From Vicugna vicugna (Eukaryota), in the NCBI GenBank assembly GCA_013265495.1, contig MU058669.1:124001-188000 (forward strand): a stretch of 64,000 nt of DNA. Direction: 5' to 3'. The notes beneath the pieces were generated by a model. It had not been told where the DNA came from. It worked only from the letters and a program-made list of their open reading frames with translations, and made no database searches. Both the position numbers and the translations under genes were made by a program. Every line of letters begins with the position of its first letter. The first letter of the stretch is position 1. Shown piece by piece: positions 51,435 to 62,564 of this stretch.

Positions 51435-51620
51435 TCATTGTAGTGGCTAAAAGAAAGGATTTTGGAGTCAAGGAGACCTGGGTTTGAATTCTACTTCTCC
51501 AAAGTCCTAGCTGAGTGACCTTGGGCATTAACTTTGTGTCTATAAAATGGAGTTAATAGTGTTGCTGGGAGGACTCAATGAGAGTCTGTGTAAAGTGCCT
51601 GGCATACAATAAAAGCTTAA
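51435..51620 (+). mobile_element. MIR SINE (one of many further MIR fragments across the window)
   Basis: gacctgggtttgaatt...gctgagtgaccttgggca...gtgcctggcata. Confidence 0.8.
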
Positions 51621-54600
51621 CGCCACTGTCATTACCATTAGCACACTGTGAGGGAAGGAGAGGGGTCTGCCTTGTGGTTTCAGGAAACAATTGCGCATTT
51701 GTGAACTGCAATTTCTGTGCAATTTTGCAGGAGTCATCAAAAATCAACTCCAACTGTCCTGTTTGGTGCAAGGTGGGGACCGCCCCACTCAGTTCCAAAC
51801 CACAGTGATGGCTGGGCTGCCTCAGGCAAGTACAACCCTAAACTAATATCAGATAGAGCAAGCAGAAAGCTGTCAGATCAAGTGACAAGACATGGAGAAG
51901 AAACACACACATGTTTAAATGTCAAGAGTCCCGGTGACAAATATATCTGAGTTTATGCAATTACATTTTTTTCCCCTAGAACAAAGAGGGAAAAAATAGA
52001 GTGTTATGGTTGGAAGTGACTTTAGAGATCATCTGATCCTACAGCTTCGTTTAACCTATTATTTCTTTCAGTGAATATTTTTTGAAGGTCCTACTGTCTG
52101 CCAGATGTGTGCTGGGTGCTCAAGGTAGGACAGGTGAAGACAAGAGCCTGTGTCCTTCTGGGGTCGATAGGGTTTGGTGGAGAAATCTACAGCCCAGGAA
52201 CTGAAATAAATTGTTAGGATCAAGGAAATTTGGGTTTTTCTTCCTACATTTTTCTATATTTTCTAAATATTTCAACAATGGACATGTATCACATTTAACT
52301 GTGTATGTATACTGAGTCACACAGCTAACAAGAAAAAGAATCTATGTCAGTAAATATGTTACTCTTGAGTCCCTACCATGGCCACGTAAGTCCTATTCTC
52401 AAAGCACAGGTCTGGCATCCGAATCTGCCAGTGAGCTTTATTGAAAATGCAGATCCAAAGCACATCCCTCTCCTACAGGGTTCCTGCTGTAGGAACGTGT
52501 CTAACAAGGGGATTGTGATGCCCATGAAAATTTGAGAATGAATGCCTTCTAGGATGTTTCTCCTGTAGCAAAGAGAGCAACAATGATTTTTGAAAAATTG
52601 GCCCTAGAAATTTAAATTAATACACTAAATTCATGAAAACAAACACATATATCTTTTATTGGAATAAAGTCAACTCCTCCCTTTTTCCCTCCTGTGCCAC
52701 AGCTAATTGCATCCATTATGTGTTCTTAACGGGTGCTATAAATCAGCACGCCTGTGAGACAGGAGTGTGCTGTGCGGAGGGGGAGGGGAGAGGTGCGAGG
52801 GAGGGGGCGTCCTCCATCTCACAAAACGGAATACAAAACAAGTGGCGCATTTCCTTGGAGCAAGCCGCCCAAAGCTCTCCTTTCTCCCCTCCTGAATGCT
52901 GGTCCCTTTTCAGCCTCCCCGGGAGTGGCAGGACAACCCACAAATCACAGCCCTGTCCTAGTTCTTGAGCAGGCGCCCTTTACACTGCCCAGCCTCACAG
53001 CCCTGGGCGTGCATAACCTCTCTCTTTTCCAGGTTATCATCATCTGTCAGGTCTGAAGTTAAACAACAAGAAACATGTCAGGTGAGGGGCTGGGAGAGGC
53101 ACTGGGCTGTTTATGAGAAATATTCCATTACAATCTGATGCAAAAATGTTAGGATGCATCTGCCAGCACCCAGGCTCAGAAAGGTTCCCCTTCTCCGAAA
53201 GCATGCTGATTAGTATGTGGTTGCAACCTATGTTTATCCTTTCTGGCTCCGTGGCAAACGCCTTTGGAAAATACTGGCTCATTTGATGCCTGGTTGCCTG
53301 GTACATTCAGATTCATCCAATTAGGATACCCAGTTTGAGACATAATGTGTTTTGGAGAGCTCCATAGACTGATTGGGTTTTATACACATGTACAGAAAGA
53401 TTTGATTTCCTCTGCGGAATTTATGGCAGGGTAGCAGAGGTAATGAAATTAATTTCTGCTCTGGTTTCTAGGCTTTCCTTTCTGTTCTCCCTTTCTCCTG
53501 CCACTTTTGCTGTCCTTCTCTTTTATTTTTCAAAGTCATCCCTGACTTTCGCAGGGATGAAAATGAATTTAACATCAGGCAGCAGTTGGTTTGAATTTGG
53601 GGGCTAGGTTCCACTGTGACTTTTTCTGGTTCATTGCTCCATGCTCTGATTGGTTTGGCAAGCTAAGGAGAACAAGCTTGTGTCCTGCGATGTGTATGTG
53701 GGTGAGGTGACAGGGGTGTCCACGTGGCTAGGGAGCGATGTTCACACCAGGAAGAGGTAGTCAAACCCAGGCTTTCTGGTAGGGCTCTGACATTTGATAA
53801 TGAAATAAAACCCCAACCATAGCCCTAAGCCAAAACATACTTCCCCTTTCTCCAATCACCATTCATGCCTCTTGCCTTTCTTTTCTGATTTTTTGTCCCC
53901 CAGCATTCACGTATCTTCTCCTCTCTCCCCTCCAGAGCAAGGTTCTGCTGCAGCAAGGGGAACAGTAGGGCAGAAAGAGACTGAAACTGAGAAAGGTGCT
54001 GAAAGAGACAATGAAAAGAATCAAGACAGCCTTGCCAATTTGCAGGTTCCTGCTCGGCTCACTTCTGCCTCCCAAGCAGAGGTCACTTGATTCATCCCTT
54101 ACTCTCTCAGGAAGGACTTCTCTCGACAAACTAAAGAGACAAAGAAGACCCCTGAGAGATTTAGAAATTCAATAGAAAAAGCAAAAAAAAAAAAAGTTAA
54201 GCACTTAACTTCTCTCCCAAAGGACAGGAGAGACTGCCAATTTACCCCGCAATGCCAGTGCTAAGCATTTTCCCAGCGTCAACATTAAATCCCTGTTTTG
54301 TTTTTCTCTTGTAAAGTGTGTTTACAATTGACCATTATGGAAAAGATGACGGATGTAGCCTGGCTCTGTTTAAAATAATAAGCTAATAATGATACCGTTT
54401 CTTGCCCGCAGGCTCAGTTTCTGAATGCGTATATGCAGAAAGGAAGGGCTGGGGAGACTGGAATATTCACCCGTAAGTGTAGCCAGCCGCAGAGCTATCC
54501 TCTCAGCCACCCCCACCCCTCTGCCCCCAACCCAGTGCCAAAACTCTTAGCACAGATTTCCCAAGATTAATACCTCTGCTTCCAGGCAACTTTGACAGTC

Positions 54601-54859
54601 CATCTCTTGCTCTGGTCCTGTCAGCGACGCATGGGCGCTGGAGAATGAGCGGATCCCATCGCCCATTAAAGCAAGGCCGTCTTAGACTACTCCAGCCGCA
54701 ATTTTTAAGGGAGAGTAGCGGGAGAGGAGCCGTCTGTCCCCTCATTGTTTCTGACCCATTCTACCTCACACCAGCTCATAATCTCCCAGAACCGACTAGG
54801 TTGATCCAACTGGGTTTTTCTTTACTGAAATGTGTTGCATTTCTTTGAACCAAATGCTA

Positions 54860-56160
54860 CTGCGTATGAATCAGTCCCAGCAGGTAAGGGCTGAAGGCTC
54901 CGCTGGCGAGCGGTTGGGCTTTCGAGGCAGGTGGCTGCGGCGGAGCAGGACAGGTGGGATGAGTTCCTGCACTACCTGGGATTCCCGCAATACGTGGACG
55001 CCTTTTGTGCACAGAACTGCAAGTCGCTCAAGCGCGCTCCTCTGCCTACTCTGGAGAAAGGAGCGCAAAAGTTTTGAGTGAATTCCCAAACTCCTCTCCC
55101 CGAGATAGCAGCGCTTAGGAGGACCAGAGCGGAGAGCTTGCCCTGCTCCCCTTGGGGACGCTGCCAGAGCGGTGCTTGATCCTTAGTAAAACAGACGGAG
55201 AGATATGGCTCAGCCTGGTGTTTCCAGGAGAAAGCAGACTCGATGATTGCTAGTGAAGGCCCCTTGTGTCCAGCGCTGCCTGGACTACAGGACTCCCCAG
55301 CCCATGGGGCCAGATGCGTCTGTCCTCCGGAACGCGTTCCCAGCTCCAGCTTTTTCCCAGTCTTCAGCTGGGGTAGGCTGGTTGGAGGGTCCTGGAGATA
55401 GATAGAGTGAGTTGATTCCATCCTCCTGCGAAATTTCAGATTGGACTGAAAGGAAAAACTTTCCCTGACCTGGGAAGCAACGGTCAGGCCGTGAAAGTGA
55501 CCTTCATGACAACTGACCAGAGGTAAACCTCTTGGCATGAAACAGCTCGGCATACAATTGATCAGTCGGTTAGGCACCGGCTACAAGCAACCCAGCACCA
55601 CAAAACTTACAGCAGTGCACTTAACAAAAAACCCCGCTATGCCTAAAACAGACTGGTGCACAACAGAACACCATTAACTGACCACCTGAAACTGATCGCT
55701 GTGAGTCTGACAGGAATGAAATTGCCCAAAAGCAACCTGACTGGATGAAAGGAACCAGAATGAAATCCACCTGCAAGGGACTGGAGCAAGGAGGCTGAAG
55801 AGGGCCGCAGGGTGAAGTGGGAAGGAGGCTTGTCTGCCGGTACTCCGTGCTCCAGAGAACCTGACTGGTGCTGCTGCGGGGACTCGACGGGGAGGGGGTG
55901 GTGTCCAGTGCTTTTTAATTTATGACTGCCGCACCCCCAAGCGATCCCATAAATTTGGGGGCCGTTTTCACCAAAGCTGTGAGTTACGATTTTTCAAATA
56001 AATACATTTTCCAATCAGACGGGGTTCTGTTTAGGTTGAACGCGTCCTGAAGCAGACATCTCTCTGCGCGGAAAATACACAGAGGAGGAAACGGAGCCGG
56101 GACGAAGCTCAGACGACATAAAAACTTGTGTAAACACGTTGTCATTTACGGACTTCGGAA
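54860..56160. promoter_or_regulatory. CpG-enriched, repeat-poor upstream segment
   Basis: Elevated CpG at ~54860-55200 and ~55800-56160; no recognisable common TE. Confidence 0.5.
55492..55775. repeat. Degenerate ~15-bp tandem array (consensus ~TGAAACTGACCAGAA)
   Basis: Units TGAAACTGATCGCTG (55687), TGAGTCTGACAGGAA (55702), TGAAATTGCCCAAAA (55717), TGAAAGGAACCAGAA (55746), TGAAATCCACCTGCA (55761); also 55492, 55507, 55538. Confidence 0.6.
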
Positions 56161-56979
56161 GAGAAAGGGAATGGAGGAGGAAGATGTTTAATTCTCCCTT
56201 GAATTCTCAGGCCCCAGCCACGAGGGAAAACATGGAAATTTTAATATTATTTTTCCATAAGCTTGATTTGTGTTACTCATTAGACAATGGGCAGCATCGG
56301 GGTTACCTTAAATAGATTTTGTAATTTTGAGGCTGTTACAAACCTAAGGATGGGCAGGTTTGTGCTGCCCACACCCTGCCCCCATGCACACACACACACA
56401 CAATCTTAGTTTTTCCTTTGGAAAGAGTGTGCGGGAGATAAGCCAGAATGGGTTATTTGAGCAGCAGAGGGTCTTCGACTTCTAGCTGTATGTCCCATTC
56501 TCTGGGACTGTGTTTTGCCACCTATAAAATAAAGGTGGAGCAGGAATAGGAATCAAAGGCCCCCTCCTCTTGCACCCAATAGCAATCATACATAATTCTG
56601 TGCACAGTTGCAGGAAGCTAAGGGATTCCTGAAGCTGAAAGATAGAGAATGAAATGGCAGATTGTGGTTTGGATCCTCTCTGGCAGACAACCCCTCATCA
56701 GGAAAGGGGGGATTAAGGGGAGACCGAAGCTGCCTGGAACCCCTGGAGATGTCTGCGCTCTTGCTGTGTCTCTGCCACTCACTGTGCGTCCTTAGGGAAG
56801 CCCGTTCCTCTCCCTGGGGCAGTTTCCCCGTAGGTCCTAACACGAAATCTCAGCAAACTTGCTACTCTCTCACACCAACAAAAGCAAGGAGGCCTCTCAC
56901 CCGACCAGCTTCTAGGGGGAAATCGACCCACTTTCTGTCTCTTCCCTGCCCTGATCGTCCCCCTACCCAACACGCATTC

Positions 56980-57470
56980 CCCGCCCCCACCCCCCACGCC
57001 GCCCGGGCCCCAGGGGGCAGGTTAGGCCAGATTGGAAAGTCATGGACACTCTAGATGCGGCAGAGAAATGTTTAAGGGATTTGTGCGCTCATGCTGCGGG
57101 GTAAATGGTCCGCGGGCTGATTTATGGCGCGTTACTGCGCGACGCGATTCCCCAAGACAGAGAGAATATTTTACACCGCGCTAATATAAACAGGCGGCCG
57201 GCCCGGTCCTTTTTATGGAGTTCCTGTAATTACCCCGGCCCTGACAGGCCCTTGATTTACGGCCCTATTTAGATAAAGGGTCCGGTGCGGGGATTGCTGG
57301 TGGCGTCAAGGTCACGGGACACGGCGGGAGAAGGTTTGCGGTAGGCGCCGTGGCGCGGGCTCTCCCAGGCCTGCCAGGCGTGGGGGCAGGAGTGAGGGGA
57401 GGAGCTGCAAAAGGGCAGGAGAGGGACTTCGAGGCCGAGGTCACTGTCACCCCAGAGCGCCGAGGCTTGA
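56980..57470. promoter_or_regulatory. Upstream CpG island with a homeodomain motif cluster (candidate enhancer)
   Basis: CpG-dense; contains TGATTTATGG, TTTTATGG, TGACAG, TGATTTACGG and AGATAA. Confidence 0.65.
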
Positions 57471-59099
57471 GTATAACTGGTCCACTGTACAGATGGGAGA
57501 ACTGAGTCCTGGTGGAGGCAGGAACTATACTCCCAAAACTTTACAGCAAATGAAATGCAGGTGGGTTGGCTCGGGAACTGGAATTCAGGTCTCTGGCAAC
57601 ATAATCCCCATACCTGGCGATGCTGGGTCTCCCCCATCTCCACCCTCCTGACATGGGTTTCTGTAGGGTGGGTGGGGAAAGAAGGGGACTCAATGAGGTC
57701 AGAAACAGGAGCGGTGGCATCAGAACAGAGTTCTGCAAGGGAGGCCTGGACTCCCGCCCTTTCCAGGGATACGCAGTCGTGTGGTGCATTTCTTCCCCTG
57801 TGGAAATAATATTCCTCAAAACGGAGCCACTATTTATACAGGTTTACTGTTACTGTGCTAAGAGCTTCATCTATATAATTTAGCGTAATCTTAAGCCAAC
57901 CCTCTGCGGCGGGTATTATCGCTCCCTCCTCCGCAATTGACAGCGGAGGAAACTGAGGACGCGTTGTTTCACACCCGGAGGAATGACCGTGCGGAGTTTC
58001 ATCCCGGCTGCGTGGGCCGGATTCTTCCGCGAGGCTCTCTTGAGCATTCCTTTAATACAATTTTTTAACCGCTAATGCGCTCAAGATCCCTACCCTATAA
58101 AATGGGGTGAGGGCTCTTGCCAGACCTCACTAGCATAACTGGAGGAAGAAACATGCATTTGAAAATGCTCAGAGCGCCAGACCTTCTGAAGGCGCTATCT
58201 GGGTGAGCACCGCGGGATACGGGAAAAGAGGCGGGGTAGGAGGGTGTGAGACTGGCGGGTAGGAACCCTCCCCCCGCAACCTCCACCCCAGAGTCCCTGA
58301 CTCCCGGTCCTTGGTCTGTGGAAGTCGTCAGGCAAAGGCTTGAGTCCTACTGTTTGGTCCCAGAGGCAAGCGCTAAATCCCCATTCCGGGAGAGAGGAAC
58401 CAGGGCGGGTCCGTGCAACAGCCCAGAGCTGGGAATTACGGAGCTCCAGACTATCATTTCTATCCTTTTTCTCTGAAATGGGGAAACCGAGGCTCAGAGA
58501 GGGAAAGGAACACAATGAGATACTAGGTAGAGCCAGAACTCAACGTATATCTCTTGCCTCTCAGCTTAGAAAAATTTTGGCCAAACTCCCGGGTCCCAAA
58601 AGTCCCACACCACATAGCCTGGGTCGGAGAAAGAGAGAACCTTCACCCAGGTCCCCACTGTCTCTCCAAACGCACCTGAGCCAGGCCGTAGTTAAAAGCA
58701 CGTTAGGGTCTTCCAGAAGGCAGGATCTGGAGCCTAGGCGCCTTGAGGTCTACGCCGACATTCTCCCTGGCGTCCATCCTGCTGGAGGCTACCCAGCCCG
58801 GAGCCCCAGCAGTCCCCGAGGGCCGTGCTCCCAGAGTGGGCGCTGCTGGGAGGACTACTTTGACTCCTTGGCTGGAGGTTGAGAGCAGTGCTTTCTGGGG
58901 CCCCGGTGGCTGCCGGCACCCTGCCCTTCAGCCACCCACAGGGGACTGCTGGGGATCTGGGGGCCCTCAAGGCATTTCATGGGACTGGGATTCATCATCA
59001 AGTACTGACAATACATTCCCTACCACACTAACCAGGCTGGATATTTGGAGAGTATGCATGCCCCTGAGTGATCTGTGCAACCCTGGAAAATGATTGGGA

Positions 59100-59880
59100 C
59101 GCACGAGGATGGGTGCTGGAGCTGTGAGCTTGTGTGTGGGTCATGGCATGTACTTACCTATCCAGTGCACCCCATTCATATGGGTTCTGTGACAATGTGC
59201 ACACTATTGTTCAATTTCATTTCCAGGGCTTGTGACTGTGACTATGTAGATAGGACAGAATAGATGTCCACTTGTCTGAGTGTTTGGCATCTATGTTCCT
59301 CTGTGTAACTTCTGTGCAAAACCTTTTATCGCTCATCACCTGTGTATAGTAGTAATTGTGGCTGTGTACTTGTGTGTGTCATGTACACATGACATGTATG
59401 ACAGGGTTTTCAGAAGTTTGTGCTGTGAATACAATTGTGGGGCACTGTAAGTAGCTGAGACAAACTGGTTCCTGTGCACAATTGTAACAGTAAGAGTATG
59501 TGTCAAGCCCTGCAGCTGTGACGTGTATGTAGAATTGATGTGCCTTTGCTGTATGATGGTATCTTTATGCATGCCTGAATGTAGGATTGGGAGTGGCTCA
59601 GAGCTGTAACATATCTAAAGCGAGATGTGTGCCCTATGGGTGACAGATAATGCGTAAAATCCTAGGAATGCATGAATATTGAAATCCCGTGTGTCCTGTG
59701 GGTGTAAATGTGTTACCAGGAGAACGCACATACTTATTGGCGCCTGTATGAATAGATGGATTTTTGTGTAATGCTGGTGATTTTTTGTGAGACCGTGTGC
59801 CTATGTATGTGGACGCGTAATGGTGAGCCTGAGGATCTGCGATGAAGACTGTGTCCGACTAGGACCACGGCTGGGTATGT
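59100..59880. repeat. TG-rich low-complexity tract
   Basis: Many degenerate TGTG/TGTA runs. Confidence 0.5.
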
Positions 59881-59919
59881 GTCAAGGATTGAGGTCCTTC
59901 TCCACAGAGTAATTACTGT

Positions 59920-60110
59920 CTCAACCCGCACACCCGCACTCCAGAGCTCCTCCAGGTCGGGGAGGAGCGGAGCCCCGCGGAGCCGCGGTTGAATCGGGCG
60001 CCGGGAGCGCCCTCCCCGCGAGCCTCCGTCTCCGCGCTCGGCCCAACCCCAGCGCTGTTGGCGCCAGGCGCCTGGGAGAGCGGCGGGTTTCCAGCCGCCT
60101 CAGGCAGGAA
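59920..60110. promoter_or_regulatory. Small upstream CpG-rich island
   Basis: Dense CpG/GC with three GGCGCC. Confidence 0.65.
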
Positions 60111-61719
60111 GCAAGGTCCTCCCTCCCCCAACGCACCTCTAGGGCCCACAGCCCTACCGGGCTCCCACAAGTAGAACCGGCTCTGCACTAAGGGTTTGTC
60201 CACTTCTCCCCTGTAGTGTCCCCACCCTATATCCATTTATTCCCTTGTACGGGAGAGAAATACCGTGTATCCACTCGCTACCCGACCCCAAGGAAAATCG
60301 TCCATCTTCTCTCGGCCTCACCTTTACCATCTGTACAATGAGTGAATTGACCTTTCTCCCTTTGCTCATAGCAGGGGTCAATAAATACTTGTTGAAGAAA
60401 TGGGTAAAGGAATGAATTTGCCCTCTAGAAAGAGCATGTATTTGTCTCCTTCTTTCACACTAACCTCCACATTGCTTTTGAGAGAACTGCACACCTTCAC
60501 GCTACCCAGGAAAGGGGCTTGGCTGGGAAAAGTTGGTGATGATGGAGGGAACCAAGTATTAGGACATCAGCTGCGAAGCTACCCATCAGGAGGTGAGACG
60601 GAGAACCCCACCCTGGGATTTCCACGTCTCAACGCCAGCCCTGGGAAGGCCCCTGCAGACAGAATTCGGACCCGCGTGGCTGAGCACTAGCCGGGAGGGG
60701 CAACTGCCGAGGTCTGAGAGGCCAAGACCATGTCTCTGTGCCAGTGGGTGTGAGATGCAGGGCGCTGGGTTTCTCCCGCTGGGTGAGCCTCTCGAATAGT
60801 GTGGAGGTCGTGGTCTTCTCCATATGTGTTTACTGCCAAACGCTGACTTCTCGCAGTTTGAGCTCTAGTGCTGAGAATTGAACATTCTCAAGCGATGATG
60901 ACCTGCCTGGAGTGGCCCAGTGTAGCCGAGTTCTCAACCCTCGGTTCCAGCCCCACGGAGAGGAGGCTGACTCTGCGTTAGCCTGGCCGGCCTTTGGACT
61001 GGATCAGGCACCCAGGAGACAAGAAGAGTGGCTCTCAGGCCCTGGAGCCCAGAACAAACTGGTAAATGCTGATATGGGCTTGGAGCCTGCCTCCCCCTAC
61101 TTGCCAACCCTCCCCCCAACCCCTTCCCCGATTTCTTCATGGGCTGGTAGCCGCCTGGGTGGTAGTGCATAGGACTTGGGTCAGAGTTGGCAGGTTCTCT
61201 ACCGGGTGCAAGAACTACTGCATTCCCGATGGTGCCTGAAAACTAAGGGCTGGAGGTGCTTAGGGAAAAACATTAGGGGCCTATCCTGCCTCCAGCAGCA
61301 TACTCTCATTTTTCAGCTCTGAGGCCAAGTGGAGCAGATGAAGCTCAGGACTGGGAAACTCTGGAGTTCCTATTCTGGATTCCAGAGGGTCTAGAAACAA
61401 GAAACTTTCTTTTTTTCTGCGCCTCAGTTTCCCTGTCTGTAAAATCTAGGTGAAGGCCTTTTCGGAGGATGATTCTAGATCCCTTTCCTGGGGCCCACGG
61501 GGACTGGAGTGGCAGACTCTGTCCAGGACATTGACAGGCTTGTGCCTTAAGCTGGTATCCCTTGGCTTCCCCCAAGCTGGGAACTGGGGGAGAGGGGGAG
61601 GAGGGCAGGGACGGAGGTGGGGCCGCCTCCCTGTCCCCGCAGGCGGCCTAGAGTCGAGTGGCGCTAGCTGAGCTTAAAACCAGGGACGGCCACCCCCCTT
61701 TCCTCCTCCCTGCCCCCCT

Positions 61720-61800
61720 GCCATTGGCTCCAGGGAGAGGTTGACATCAAAGCCGCGGCCTTATATAAGCCAGACCCTGAAGGGGAGGCCGCAGAAGGGT
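61720..61800 (+). promoter_or_regulatory. HAND1: HAND1 core promoter
   Basis: Inverted CCAAT (ATTGG 61723-61727), ATF/AP-1-like TGACATCA (61742-61749) and TATATAA (61762-61768), ~250 nt upstream of the ATG. TSS inferred near 61790-61795. Confidence 0.8.
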
Positions 61801-61962
61801 TAAACAGGTCTCTCGGCATCCTCGTCCTAGCCGGCGACAGAAATAGGCAAGACGGCGGGCTGTGTATCTCATCTTCAGCCTTGCCCCAGACTCTCTCAAA
61901 GCCGGTGCCCCCCGGAGCGCCACCCCAGAGCCTACGGGTGGCCCCGGCAGTCTCTGGGGCGC

Positions 61963-61977
61963 ATGGGGCGGCGCTAA
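61963..61977 (+). promoter_or_regulatory. Short uORF in the HAND1 5'UTR (M-G-R-R-stop)
   Basis: ATG GGG CGG CGC TAA, ending 35 nt before the main ATG; G at +4. Confidence 0.7.
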
Positions 61978-62012
61978 TCGGGCTGGCGGCGCAGGCCAGG
62001 GGCCGCTCCAAC

Positions 62013-62564
62013 ATGAACCTCGTGGGCAGCTACGCACACCATCACCACCATCACCATCATCATCACCCGCACCCCGCGCACCCCATGCTCCACGAGCCCT
62101 TTCTCTTCGGCCCTGCCTCGCGCTGTCACCAGGAACGGCCCTACTTCCAGAGCTGGCTGCTGAGCCCAGCTGACGCTGCTCCGGACTTCCCCGCCGGCGG
62201 GCCACCGCCCACACCCGCGGCAGCCGCCGCCGCCTACGGTCCAGACGCCAGGCCAGGCCAGAGCCCCGGGCGGCTGGAGGCGCTCGGCGGCCGCCTGGGC
62301 CGGCGGAAAGGCTCAGGACCCAAGAAGGAGCGGAGACGCACAGAGAGCATTAACAGCGCGTTTGCGGAGCTGCGCGAGTGCATCCCCAATGTGCCGGCCG
62401 ACACCAAGCTCTCCAAGATCAAGACTCTGCGCCTGGCCACCAGCTACATCGCCTACCTGATGGACGTGCTGGCCAAGGACTCACAGGCCGGTGACCCCGA
62501 GGCCTTCAAGGCTGAACTCAAGAAGGCGGATGGAGGCCGCGAGAGCAAGCGAAAAAGGGAGCTG
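62013..62564 (+). CDS. HAND1: HAND1 coding exon 1 (184 codons): poly-His N-terminus and bHLH domain at ~62301-62471; partial, exon 2 outside the window
   Basis: Translation [30 protein letters not shown]...[50 protein letters not shown]...KRKREL is recognisably HAND1. ATG has A at -3. The exon ends at a canonical donor CTG|GTAAGT (62565), phase 0. Confidence 0.98.

Noticed and set aside
55492..55775. CRISPR-like array
   Set aside because: Units are contiguous and degenerate with no spacers, there are no cas genes, and the context is mammalian.
61747..62214. Antisense and alternative-frame ORFs over HAND1 exon 1
   Set aside because: Expected from stop-poor GC-rich sequence; no recognisable protein.
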